From: Myxococcales bacterium UBA1660
GTDB taxonomy: Bacteria; Myxococcota_A; Polyangia; Polyangiales; Houyiibacteriaceae
DNA: 64,000 bases
Assembly (NCBI GenBank): GCA_002320815.1
Contig: DCLA01000076.1
Coordinates: forward strand, 3,071 to 67,070
Direction of reading: 5' to 3'
Below, in pieces: positions 36,383 to 46,828 of this stretch; position 1 is the stretch's first letter; each line of letters begins with the position of its first letter. The position numbers and the translations under genes are program-made. The notes under the pieces were generated by a model. It was given only the letters and a program-made list of their open reading frames with translations, was not told where the DNA came from and ran no database searches.

Positions 36383-37360
36383 ATGCGCCTCGCGACACGA
36401 AACGATGGAACCCGGGACGGAGAGCTGGTGGTGGTCGCCAAGGATGGCAAGACCTGCGCTCCCGCCGGCCTGATCGCCCCCACGCTCCAGCAGGCCCTGG
36501 ACCGCTGGGACGAGACCCTGCCCGCGCTGCAGGGGCTGGCGGCGAAGCTCGACTCGGGCGACCTCGAATTCGAGCCCCTCGATCCGGCCAAGCTGATGGC
36601 GCCCCTCCCGCGGGCCTACGAGTGGGTCGATGGTTCCGCCTACATCAACCACATCGTGCTGGTCCGCAAAGCGCGGAACGCCGAGCCCCCCGAGACCCTC
36701 GAGACCGACCCGCTGGTCTACCAAGGCGGCTCCGGAGTGCTCCTCGGCCCGCGCCAGGCGATCCCGCTCCCCGACGAAGAGTGGGGCTGTGACTTCGAGG
36801 CCGAGATCTGCGTGGTCCTCGGCGACACGCCCCGCGGCGTGAAGGCCAGCGAGGCCGCCCAGTACGTGAAGCTGGTCACCATCTGCAACGACGTGACCTA
36901 CCGGAACCTCATCCCGGCGGAGCTGAAGAAGAACTTCGGCTTCTTCCAGTCCAAGCCGGCCACCGGCTTCGCGCCCTTCATGGTCACCCCCGACGAGCTC
37001 GGCCCGGCCTGGCAGGAGGGGCGGGTCCACCTCCCGCTGCGCACGCACCTGAACGGCGAGCTCGCCGGCGAGCCCGACGCGGGCCCGGCGATGCACTTCT
37101 CCTTCTTCGACCTCATCCAGCACATCACCAAGACCCGGGCCTTCACCGCCGGGACCATCCTGGGCAGCGGCACCGTCTCCAACGAAGACGAGGCCAAGGG
37201 CGTGAGCTGTCTGGCCGAGCGCCGGATGCGGGAGATCCTGAAGGACGGCAAGCCCTCCACCCGCTTCCTGAAGGCGGGCGACGAGGTGCGCATCGAGCTG
37301 CTCGACGAGGGCGGTCGCTCCATCTGCGGCGCCATCGAGCAGACGGTGCAGGGCGCGTGA
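36383..37360 (+). CDS. Fumarylacetoacetate hydrolase (FAH) family protein, short bacterial type
   Basis: 325 aa with the FAH-fold pattern (DFEAEICVVLG, ICNDVTYRNL, GSGTVSN). GTGA overlap with maiA. Confidence 0.75.
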   Translation: MRLATRNDGTRDGELVVVAKDGKTCAPAGLIAPTLQQALDRWDETLPALQGLAAKLDSGDLEFEPLDPAKLMAPLPRAYEWVDGSAYINHIVLVRKARNAEPPETLETDPLVYQGGSGVLLGPRQAIPLPDEEWGCDFEAEICVVLGDTPRGVKASEAAQYVKLVTICNDVTYRNLIPAELKKNFGFFQSKPATGFAPFMVTPDELGPAWQEGRVHLPLRTHLNGELAGEPDAGPAMHFSFFDLIQHITKTRAFTAGTILGSGTVSNEDEAKGVSCLAERRMREILKDGKPSTRFLKAGDEVRIELLDEGGRSICGAIEQTVQGA

Positions 37361-38019
37361 AGAACGTCCGCCTCTACTCCTACTGGCGCAGCTCGGCGTC
37401 CTGGCGCGCGCGGATCGCGCTGGGCCTCAAGGGCATCCAGCCCACCATCGTGCCCATCCACCTGGTCAAGGACGGCGGTGAGCAGCACTCGGCGGACTAC
37501 GTCGCGCTGAACCCCATGGCCCAGGTCCCGCTGCTCGTCTGGGACGACGAGGCGGGCGCCACCCACACCCTGACCCAGTCGCTGGCGATGATGGCCTTCC
37601 TGGACCGCGCCGTGCCCGAGCCCGCGCTGGTGCCGGCGGATCCGCTCCTCGCCGGCCGCGCCTGGGAGCTCGCCGAGATCGTCAACAGCGGCATCCAGCC
37701 CATGCAGAACACGACGACCCTGCAGCTGGTCGATTCGCTGGGCGGCGACCGCAAGGCCCACGCCGCGGGCGCCATCGCCAAGGGCTTGGCCGCCATGGAG
37801 ACCCGGGCCGCGACCCTGGGCACCGACACCTTCTTCTTCGGCACCGGTCCCTCCATCGCGGAGGTCTGCCTGGTGCCCCAGCTCTACAACGCGCGCCGCT
37901 TCGGGCTCGACCCCGAGGCCTACCCGCGGCTCCTCGCCGCCGAGGCCGCGTGCGCCGAGCTGGCTGCCTTCGCGAGCGCGCACCCCGACGCGCAACCCGA
38001 CCGCCCCGACCAACCCTGA
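37357..38019 (+). CDS. maiA: Maleylacetoacetate isomerase (zeta-class GST)
   Basis: LYSYWRSSASWRARIAL and NPMAQVPLL. Confidence 0.85.
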   Translation: MKNVRLYSYWRSSASWRARIALGLKGIQPTIVPIHLVKDGGEQHSADYVALNPMAQVPLLVWDDEAGATHTLTQSLAMMAFLDRAVPEPALVPADPLLAGRAWELAEIVNSGIQPMQNTTTLQLVDSLGGDRKAHAAGAIAKGLAAMETRAATLGTDTFFFGTGPSIAEVCLVPQLYNARRFGLDPEAYPRLLAAEAACAELAAFASAHPDAQPDRPDQP

Positions 38020-38035
38020 GACCCTGGAGACGCCC

Positions 38036-39190
<1,155 letters not shown>

Positions 39191-39249
39191 GGCGAAGCGC
39201 CCCGCGGGGCAGCGCGCCGCGCTGCGTCCCGCACCTTGGCGAATCGCAA

Positions 39250-39275
39250 GGGCACCCCAGGATCCTGGTGTGCCC
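39250..39275. promoter_or_regulatory. 26-bp near-perfect palindrome GGGCACCCCAGGA|TCCTGGTGTGCCC covering the SD and GTG start of the hydrolase gene
   Basis: 13-bp arms with one mismatch. It contains AGGA (39259-39262) and GTG 39270. Confidence 0.4.
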
Positions 39276-40016
39276 TCTCGTACTTCCGTCCTCGCCCTCT
39301 TCGTCCTCGCCGCCTGCGGCGGGGGGCAGGGGCACGCGCGCCCCATCCGGGCCTCCGCGCGGCCGATCGTCGAGGGGCACGCGCCGAGCTGTCAGATCGT
39401 CTTCTTCCCCGGCCTCGGCGACGCGCCCGCGGCCTACGACGACTTCCTGGCCACCCTGCGCGCTGCGCAGGTGCCCGCCGAGACCGTGGTCCTCCCCAAT
39501 CGGGACTACGGCACCGTGGACTACTCGGAGCGGTTGCACTCCGACGTCATCGCCCCGGCCCAGGCCCGCGGCGTCCGGGACACCTGGCTGGTCGCCGTGT
39601 CCATGGGGAGCGCGCCCGCGCTGCGCATGGCCGAGACCCACCCCGATGACATCGCCGGGGTGCTCCTGGTGGCCCCGGCGTTCGGGGGTCCTTTCCTGGC
39701 CAAGCGGGTCCAGCGCGCCGGCGGGGTCCGCTTCTACACGCCGGTCGAACGGGACCGCGATGGCCGCGCGTTCAAGTGGCTCGAGGAGCGCCGGCGCTCC
39801 GACCGCAGCCAGGTCCCGGTGCGGCTCGCCTTCGGTCGTCAGGATGCCCTGGCGCCCATCGCCGAGACCATGGCCGAGGTGCTCCCCGAGGAGCACGTCC
39901 TCGTCGGCGCCGGGGGCCACGACTGGGGCGTGTGGAACGAGCTCTTCGTGGCCGAGGTGGAGAGCGGTTTCTTCCAGCAGTCCTGCGGCTGCCTGAGCCG
40001 CTCGGGAGGGCGCTGA
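39270..40016 (+). CDS. Alpha/beta-hydrolase-like lipoprotein
   Basis: Lipobox MPSRTSVLALFVLAAC and a nucleophile-elbow-like VSMGS. About 250 aa. Confidence 0.6.
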   Translation: MPSRTSVLALFVLAACGGGQGHARPIRASARPIVEGHAPSCQIVFFPGLGDAPAAYDDFLATLRAAQVPAETVVLPNRDYGTVDYSERLHSDVIAPAQARGVRDTWLVAVSMGSAPALRMAETHPDDIAGVLLVAPAFGGPFLAKRVQRAGGVRFYTPVERDRDGRAFKWLEERRRSDRSQVPVRLAFGRQDALAPIAETMAEVLPEEHVLVGAGGHDWGVWNELFVAEVESGFFQQSCGCLSRSGGR

Positions 40017-40027
40017 GCGGGGAGGGC

Positions 40028-40060
40028 GCTGAGCGGCGCGCCGAGGAGCCGCCGCTCAGC
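40028..40060. terminator. Hairpin GCTGAGCGGC-(13 nt)-GCCGCTCAGC between convergent genes
   Basis: 10-bp perfect stem. The right arm overlaps the stop of the minus-strand gene. No T-tract. Confidence 0.3.
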
Positions 40061-41201
40061 CGAGGACCGCTCGCCGCGGTCGCTCGTAGTGAGTCTGCCC
40101 CAGCGCGGCGGCGTGGTGCGCCAAGGTCTCGTCGAGCGCGCCCAGGTCGACGGCCCCGCGCCGCTCTTCCCAGAGGGTCTCCACCGCGAGCACTCCGTCC
40201 CGCGTCCGCCCCTCGAGGCGCCCCACCAGCTCGCCCCGATGGAGGAGCGGCATCACGTACCACCCCCATCGCCGCAGGTGCGCCTTCTTGTAGACCTCCC
40301 AGAGGTAGTCGAAGCCGAAGGTCGCCTTCACCAGCCGCCGGTCCCAGAGGAGCGCGTCCAGCGGCCCCAGGATGCGCAGCTCGTCATCGGGCTCGGGGGT
40401 CTCCCGCGCGAGGAAGCTCGGCGTACTCAGGTAGGTGCCCGGGACGCCCTCGACGCGGACTTCGACCAGCGCGCCTTCGGCGATCAGCTCGTCCACCTTC
40501 GGCCCCTTGCGCGCGTGGTCCAGCGTCGACCACCAGGGCCCGCCCCGGCGGGGCAAGAGCCCCGCGCACTCCGCCCGATGGACGATGGCCCAGCGCTCGA
40601 ACGAAGGCTCGGATGGGGGCCGCAGCGCCGCCGGCCCGAGCGCTCGCTCGGGCACGTCGTAGAGCTTGGCGCGGCCCCGGCGTCCGGCGACCACCAGGCG
40701 GCACTCGGTCCACAGGATCTCCAGCGCCATGGAGGTGGCCTTGGCGGTCCCCTTCCATCCCGACCAGTCGAGGGGCACCACCCGGCCCCGGTCCTCGAGC
40801 TCGGCGGCGGTCACCGGCCCGCGCGCGCGGACCTCGGCCTCCACCGCGTCGACGAGCCCCGCGTCGACCTTCTGGCGCCGACTCTCGGTGCGCCACCCCT
40901 CGGCCTCCACCGAGCGCGCCCGGTAGTGCGGGAAGGCGCTCGCCGGCAGGAGACAGCGCACCTTGGCGAAGTGCTCGAAGGCGTTGGCGTAGACGCGCTC
41001 GTAGACCTCGCCGTGGGCGACGTCCTCGAGGCGCGCCATGACCACCAGGTCCGCGTTGGTCCCCATCGGGTCGAGGGGGTCGAGCTGGATGCACCCCAGC
41101 GCGTCCAGGAGCTCGGGGATGCCCAGGTCCACGCGCCGGTCCAAACGGTGATGCGCGAGCATGAGGCGCCGCGCGTCGGCGGCGCTCAGCGCGAGGGTCA
41201 A
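40056..41201 (-). CDS. Winged-helix DNA-binding protein, YcaQ/DUF1006-like (interstrand-crosslink glycosylase family)
   Basis: TTG 41201 (LTLALSAADARRLMLAHHRL...), IQLDPLDPMGTNADLV, and ...GFDYLWEVYKKAHLRRWGWYVMPLL typical of the family. Confidence 0.65.
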   Translation of the reverse strand: MTLALSAADARRLMLAHHRLDRRVDLGIPELLDALGCIQLDPLDPMGTNADLVVMARLEDVAHGEVYERVYANAFEHFAKVRCLLPASAFPHYRARSVEAEGWRTESRRQKVDAGLVDAVEAEVRARGPVTAAELEDRGRVVPLDWSGWKGTAKATSMALEILWTECRLVVAGRRGRAKLYDVPERALGPAALRPPSEPSFERWAIVHRAECAGLLPRRGGPWWSTLDHARKGPKVDELIAEGALVEVRVEGVPGTYLSTPSFLARETPEPDDELRILGPLDALLWDRRLVKATFGFDYLWEVYKKAHLRRWGWYVMPLLHRGELVGRLEGRTRDGVLAVETLWEERRGAVDLGALDETLAHHAAALGQTHYERPRRAVLG

Positions 41202-42523
41202 TTGACCCGCTGCATCGCCTCGAGGAACTCGTCCGCGCTGACCAGACCGGTGATCCGGTGGGCCTCGTCGCCGTCGGTGTGGTGGAAGACCACCAGCGGG
41301 AGCCCCGGCTGCTCGTAGGTGTCGTTGAGCAGGGTCCACTTGGCCTCGGTGGCCTTGTCGGCGCTGAGGTCGACGCGGACCGGGATGAAGCGCTGGGCCT
41401 CGGCGATGACCCGCGGGTCGCTCATGGCCTGGTGCTCGAGCTCGTTGCAGGCGCCACACCAGTCGGCGCCGAAGTCCACCAGCATCGGGCGGCCCGAGGT
41501 CCGCGCCATCTCCGCGGCGCTGTCGTAGTCGTCCATCCACTCGATGTGCGCGCCGGCGGGGAGGGCGCCCATCCAGAAGATGATGCCCAGCGCGCCGACG
41601 GTGGTGGCCAGCACGCCCAGGCCCTTGCGGGTCTTGTCGACCGCGCTGCCTTCCTTGAAGGACTTGTGGATGGCGCCGATGGCCAGCCCGAAGACGACCA
41701 ACCCGATGGGCACGTAGAGCCACAGGAGCGAGCGGAACTCGGGCCGCGGGATGGGGAGCACGCCGCGCAGGTAGTAGAAGGCGAGCACCAGCATCACGAT
41801 GCCGAAGACGCTCTTCACGTGCTCGACCCACTTGCCGCTCTTGGGCAGGTTGACCGCGAAGGTGCCCACCACGAAGAAGAGCGCGCCCAGCCCCAGGCTG
41901 TAGACGAAGAGGGCCAGGCCGCCGAAGCCCACGCTCTGCGAGGTGCCCACGTAGGTGAGCAGCACGGTGAGCACCGGGCCGGTGCAGGGGGCGGCGATGA
42001 GCCCGTTCACGAAGCCGACGGCGAAGGCGCCCTTGTATCCGGCGCCGCCCACCTGAGCGAGCTTGTTCTGGAGGCCGGCGGGGAGGCTCATGTCCCAGGC
42101 GCCGAACATGCTGGTCGCCATGGCGATGAAGAGCACCGCCAGGCCCACCAGGACCCAGGGGTTGGCCAGCGCGGCGCCCATGGCGTTGCCGGTCAGGGCG
42201 CTGATGATCCCCAAGGGGGTGAAGAGCGCGGCGATGCCCAGCACGAAGGCGGTGCTCAGGAGCGCGCCCTCCATCTTGGACTTCGCCTGCCGCGCGCCGA
42301 AGACGCTGACGGTCACCGCGATCATCGGGTAGACGCACGGGGTCAGCGCGGTCGCGAGCCCGGCGCCGAAGATGAGCGCCAGCGCCAGCCCATAGCTGCC
42401 CGACGAGAGCGCGGACTCGAAGCGCTCCGCGAGGCTGCCGAGCACGTCCGCGGACGCCACCGAGGGCACCATCCAGAAGAGGAGGAGCGTCGCCGCTCCG
42501 AGAGCCAGGCCGTTCCTGCGCAT
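41198..42523 (-). CDS. dsbD: DsbD-like protein-disulfide reductase (CcdA-type membrane core fused to a C-terminal thioredoxin)
   Basis: ATG 42523 with a signal peptide. TM core with TPCVYPM and APCTGP, and thioredoxin WCGAC. The stop overlaps the downstream TTG start (TTGA). Confidence 0.8.
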   Translation of the reverse strand: MRRNGLALGAATLLLFWMVPSVASADVLGSLAERFESALSSGSYGLALALIFGAGLATALTPCVYPMIAVTVSVFGARQAKSKMEGALLSTAFVLGIAALFTPLGIISALTGNAMGAALANPWVLVGLAVLFIAMATSMFGAWDMSLPAGLQNKLAQVGGAGYKGAFAVGFVNGLIAAPCTGPVLTVLLTYVGTSQSVGFGGLALFVYSLGLGALFFVVGTFAVNLPKSGKWVEHVKSVFGIVMLVLAFYYLRGVLPIPRPEFRSLLWLYVPIGLVVFGLAIGAIHKSFKEGSAVDKTRKGLGVLATTVGALGIIFWMGALPAGAHIEWMDDYDSAAEMARTSGRPMLVDFGADWCGACNELEHQAMSDPRVIAEAQRFIPVRVDLSADKATEAKWTLLNDTYEQPGLPLVVFHHTDGDEAHRITGLVSADEFLEAMQRVN

Positions 42524-42624
42524 CACCGGGATGGATAGCACCCCGGGGGGGAGGGCGGCCACCCGACCCGGGGAGGGGGTAAACCGGTCTTGCTCCGCGC
42601 CGCGGGCCAGGGCATTCCGTCTCC

Positions 42625-43194
42625 ATGCGCTTCGCCCTCCTCGTCCTGCTCCTGGCAGCCGTCGCCTGCGACTGTGGGGGCGATCCCGGCTCGGACCTCG
42701 CGCCGAGCGACGCGGCCGTCTCCGGCGACGCCGGCGCCCGCGACGCGGCGAGCGGGGACCTCCCGGACGCCGCGGCGGACCTCGGCGAGCCCGACCTGGG
42801 CCCCGCGGACGGCGGCGTCGACGGCGGCCTCGATCTGGGCCCGGACCTCGGGCCGCCCGCGCCCATGTGCCGCTTCCTCGACGACGTCTTCATCGTCTCC
42901 TGCGCGGCCGGTTACCGCTATCTGCGCCGCTGGTACGCCATCGACGGAGGCGAGTGCCCCGACTACTACACCCTGGACGGCGCCACCTTCGAGACCGAGG
43001 CCGAGGCCCTGGCCTCGGACGCCTGCTCGCCCGACTGCACGCGCCACCCCTCGACCAGCGTAACCATCATCCGCTGCGGGATCCGCACCGGCTACATCCT
43101 CTTCCGCGACGACGACTGTGACGTCGCCATCGAGACCCCCGACGGCATCTTCCCCTCCCGCGAAGCCTGGGACGAAGCCCACCCCTGCGAGTGA
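42625..43194 (+). CDS. Cys-rich secreted lipoprotein, hypothetical
   Basis: Lipobox MRFALLVLLLAAVAC, an acidic DLG-rich linker, and 8 Cys in the C-terminal ~100 aa. Confidence 0.6.
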   Translation: MRFALLVLLLAAVACDCGGDPGSDLAPSDAAVSGDAGARDAASGDLPDAAADLGEPDLGPADGGVDGGLDLGPDLGPPAPMCRFLDDVFIVSCAAGYRYLRRWYAIDGGECPDYYTLDGATFETEAEALASDACSPDCTRHPSTSVTIIRCGIRTGYILFRDDDCDVAIETPDGIFPSREAWDEAHPCE

Positions 43195-43206
43195 GCGCCG
43201 CCCGCT

Positions 43207-43797
43207 TCAGCCGTCGCGCCGGTGGCGCTCCCGGCTGACCTCGTCGCCGGGCTCCGCGAAGCGCTGGGTGGCGACGAGCGCGCCGAGCGCCTCGCACGCC
43301 AGCTCCCGGCCCGCCGCGGTAGGCGCGGAGTACTCGTCCCGACCCCCGAGAAAGCGTTCGACGCCGGTCTCCGGGTCGAACGCGAACGCGGCGAGGATCG
43401 TGGGGGCACCGTCGACTTCGCCGACCAGGAGTCGCCGCTGGTAGCTCGTGCCCCCCATCTCGTCGACGAAGGCCGAGTGGATCACCGTGTCGTCGGTGGG
43501 GGCGTGGGTGTCGAGCCGGAAGAGCGTGTACTGCTCGGGTAGCGTCGACGCGCGCCGGCGCTCGAGCTCCTCGGCATGGTCGGGCTCGCGCCGCAGGAGC
43601 ATCCGCATCGCCATGGGGTTCTTGCCCCGCATCGCGACGCCATAGATCCCACCGAGCTCGGGGACGACGAGCGCGCGAACGGTCTCCGCGGCCGCGTTCT
43701 GCTCGTCGACGAGCTCCTTCCACTGCGCGTCGCGCGCCCGCTGTTCGGCGGCGAAGAACTGCTGGAGGTGGGCGAGGGCGGCGTCGGCGGTCGGCAT
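43207..43797 (-). CDS. Hypothetical protein (196 aa)
   Basis: ATG 43797 inside the longer ORF 43207..44565, with high GC3. No motif recognised. Confidence 0.5.
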   Translation of the reverse strand: MPTADAALAHLQQFFAAEQRARDAQWKELVDEQNAAAETVRALVVPELGGIYGVAMRGKNPMAMRMLLRREPDHAEELERRRASTLPEQYTLFRLDTHAPTDDTVIHSAFVDEMGGTSYQRRLLVGEVDGAPTILAAFAFDPETGVERFLGGRDEYSAPTAAGRELACEALGALVATQRFAEPGDEVSRERHRRDG

Positions 43798-43862
43798 GAT
43801 CCAATCTACGCGCGCGATCGCCGGGAACTCCTCGCCTGGAATCGGTCGCCGTACGAGAGCGC

Positions 43863-44303
43863 TCAGGTGTAGCGCTTCTCCATCTCCTGGCTCATCTCGG
43901 AGATGCGGGAGAACATGCGCAGGTGGCGGAGCACCTTGAGCTTCGCCCCCTCGAAGACGTAGTCGGGGCTGATGATGGCGTCGATGACGCCCATCTCGCC
44001 CTTGTCCAGCTTCACCCAGATCGAATAGGGCGCGGTGGTCCGGGCCAGGTAGACCGACTTGTCCAACGGCAAGTTCCGCATCGGCGCCGGCGCGGGCTGC
44101 TCGTCGAAGCTGGTGCAGTCCAGGCGGCTGTCGTGGATGTGGTAGCTGGCCACGATGTCGGTGCCGTCCGGCGTGTCCGTGCAGCGGAGCTGGATCTTGG
44201 CTTCCACGCCCGCGGCCAGTTTGCGGAACTTGGCGTCGGCGTTGAGGCGGCCGAGCATGATCTCGACGAGCGGCTCGGTCCAGAGGCGGTGCGGCTGGGT
44301 CAC
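43863..44303 (-). CDS. SCP2 sterol-carrier-like domain protein
   Basis: ...LNADAKFRKLAAGVEAKIQL...YSIWVKLDKGEM...FEGAKLKVLRHLRMF resembles the SCP2 fold. The start is GTG 44303 or ATG 44258. Confidence 0.5.
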   Translation of the reverse strand: MTQPHRLWTEPLVEIMLGRLNADAKFRKLAAGVEAKIQLRCTDTPDGTDIVASYHIHDSRLDCTSFDEQPAPAPMRNLPLDKSVYLARTTAPYSIWVKLDKGEMGVIDAIISPDYVFEGAKLKVLRHLRMFSRISEMSQEMEKRYT

Positions 44304-44549
44304 GGCGCGGAGCCTGCGGGCATCGTCGGGGCCTTGCAAGGGGGTTTCGTCGGACGGAACCCGAGAGCCTCGGGGGCCCGTTTCCCGGCGACTGACAAGG
44401 GGGCCACGGCCCCCAAGCACGCTCGATTGGGGGAGCGAAACCCCTCCGAGCCCGCCCGGGGTTGACGGAAAACGCAACGATTACGGCGTGGATCGATCCT
44501 TGCTCAACGATTCCGCGTGGCCGACGGCGGCCGCGAGGAGAGGGACGAG

Positions 44550-46775
44550 ATGAAGCGGACGACACGGTGGTTGGGTTTGACGGGAGCGCTCCTGGCGCTG
44601 GCCGTCGGGTGCGGGGGCGATCCGGCAGAGAGCGTGCTGCCCGGAGTCGAGGCCCTGGTCTTCGTCAAACGGGCCTTCATCGGCCCGGACGGGGAGCACG
44701 TCGTCACCGGCGGCGCGAACCAGACGATCGACTACCTCCGCTACGTCCCCGGCGGCGGCGTGTACGTGCTCTCGCCGCCCACCCCGGACGGCGAGCTCAC
44801 CAACCTCACCGAGGAGTTCGAGGGCGTCGACATCAACGGCATCGACCTCAGCTTCGATGCCCGTCAGGTCGTCTTCTCGATGCGGACGGCGGGCGAGGGC
44901 CACTACCACATCTACGTGGCCAACGTGTACGCCGACGCCTCGGGCAGCCACCAGGTCCGGCAGCTCACCTTCGGCGAAGCCCACGACGTGAAGCCCATCT
45001 TCGTCCCCGGGGACCGCATCGCGTTCGTGACCAACGAGCCCTACACCGCGATGGGTACCCGCGCCGACGAGTACAACCACTCGCGCGTGGTCACGCAGAT
45101 CGCCACCATCGACATCGAGGCCGGCGACGCCGACCGCCGGCTCTGCGCGCAGAACCTCTCGCACAGCGCCGACCCCTTCCTCATGTCCGATGGCCGCATC
45201 GGCTACTCCCGCTGGGAGCACCTCGGCCCGGTCAACGACGTGAAGCTGATGGTGATGAACCCCGACTGCACGCAGATGGTCGGCCTGGCCGGCACCGGCG
45301 GCAAGCCGGGCAACTCGCTGGTGCAGTTCCACGAGATCGAAGCCGGCCAGTACGTCGGCATCGTCACCAGCCGCCGCGGCACCATCCAGGCGGGCGCGCT
45401 GGTCCACCTCGACGCCCTGGCCGAGGGTGGCGTCGACGGCATCGTCCTCGACGAGCAGAACGCGCGCTTCGAGGTGCTCACGCCCCAGGTCCCCACCGGC
45501 GAGGAGAGCCCGCCCTCCGGCGTCGGTCGCTACCGGCGCCCCTTCCCGATGGCCGACGGCAAGCTGCTGGTCGCCTGGGCCGATGGCGACGTGAACGAGC
45601 GCAACGAGCTCTCGGACACCGCGCCGAACTTCGGCCTCTACCTCTGGGATCCGGAGACCCGCTCGAAGACCCTCATCTACGACGACCCGGACACCTGGGA
45701 CACCTACGCCATCCCGGTCGTCCCCCGGGACGCGCCCGCGGTGCACCCCAGCTTGCTGCAGCCGGCTCCCGACGAGAGCGAGCCCTCCGTGCTCGGCTCC
45801 ATCGACGTCTCCATCACCGGCCTCTCGGAGCGCGTCGCCGGCGCCCAGCTCGACGGCCTGACCCTCGACGAGGCCCTCGACTTCGCCACCCGCGTCCGCA
45901 TCATCGAGGGCTTCTCCTCGGAGATCGGCCCGGTGCGCGAGTTCGGTCTGACCATGCACGAGGGCGCCGCCATCCTCGGTGAGGCCTCGGTCTATGCCGA
46001 CGGAAGCTGGGAGGCCGCGGTGCCCGCGCGCCTGCCCTACCACCTGCAGCCCCTCGACCGCTACGGCATGGCCATCCGGAACCAGATGCTCTGGATCCAG
46101 GCGATGCCGGGCGAGGAGCGCCGCTGCGGCGGCTGCCACGAGGATCGCACCGGTCAGGTGCTCCCGCGGACGGGCCCGACCACGCTGGCCCAGCAGGCCG
46201 GGGCCCAGGACTTCGTCCGACCGATCCCCGACCGCGTGGAGCTGCCTTGGATCAACGCGGCCAGCGGTCAGACCATCCAGGACGTCCTCGACGCCAACTG
46301 TGTGAGCTGCCACGACGGCGGCGCCATGGACCCGTTCGCCGGGCGCTTCTACACGGTCAACGTGACCACCGAGGAGGGCGAGGAGCTCGAGTACGAGATC
46401 CCCTATCTCCGCCTCGATGACGCGCCCCTGCAGGTCTACTACGAGCGCGAGGTCGTCTCCTACCCGGCGTCCTACGTCACGCTCCTCTACCCCTCGGCGA
46501 TGATGGGGGACTCGGTCGCCACCGGCGACGTCCCGCCCGAGTGGGTGCAGCCGGGCGCCGCCCGCACCTCGCGCCTCATCGAGGCGCTGAACGTCAACGC
46601 CGAGGACGACGCCGGCTCCTGGGCCTGGGAGACCCCCAGCCACCCGGAGGACGTGGGCGTCGAGCTCGCCCGCGAGGAGCGCCTGATGCTCATCCAGATG
46701 GCCGACCTCGGCGGGCAGTTCTACTCGCGACGCAACATCGAGGGCGCCGACGCCTGGGGGGAGACGGAGTACTGA
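44550..46775 (+). CDS. Lipoprotein with PD40/TolB-like beta-propeller and two CxxCH motifs (HzsA-related-like architecture)
   Basis: Lipobox MKRTTRWLGLTGALLALAVGC. Propeller-like repeats (DLSFDARQVVFS.., GDRIAFVTN.., SDGRIGYSRWE..). LWIQAMPGEERRCGGCHEDR (CGGCH at 46125-46139) and CVSCH at 46299-46313. Confidence 0.65.
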   Translation: MKRTTRWLGLTGALLALAVGCGGDPAESVLPGVEALVFVKRAFIGPDGEHVVTGGANQTIDYLRYVPGGGVYVLSPPTPDGELTNLTEEFEGVDINGIDLSFDARQVVFSMRTAGEGHYHIYVANVYADASGSHQVRQLTFGEAHDVKPIFVPGDRIAFVTNEPYTAMGTRADEYNHSRVVTQIATIDIEAGDADRRLCAQNLSHSADPFLMSDGRIGYSRWEHLGPVNDVKLMVMNPDCTQMVGLAGTGGKPGNSLVQFHEIEAGQYVGIVTSRRGTIQAGALVHLDALAEGGVDGIVLDEQNARFEVLTPQVPTGEESPPSGVGRYRRPFPMADGKLLVAWADGDVNERNELSDTAPNFGLYLWDPETRSKTLIYDDPDTWDTYAIPVVPRDAPAVHPSLLQPAPDESEPSVLGSIDVSITGLSERVAGAQLDGLTLDEALDFATRVRIIEGFSSEIGPVREFGLTMHEGAAILGEASVYADGSWEAAVPARLPYHLQPLDRYGMAIRNQMLWIQAMPGEERRCGGCHEDRTGQVLPRTGPTTLAQQAGAQDFVRPIPDRVELPWINAASGQTIQDVLDANCVSCHDGGAMDPFAGRFYTVNVTTEEGEELEYEIPYLRLDDAPLQVYYEREVVSYPASYVTLLYPSAMMGDSVATGDVPPEWVQPGAARTSRLIEALNVNAEDDAGSWAWETPSHPEDVGVELAREERLMLIQMADLGGQFYSRRNIEGADAWGETEY

Positions 46776-46828
46776 TGTCTTCCCGAAACCCCACCGAACG
46801 CTCCCACCCGAACCCCAGGACCGAGACC

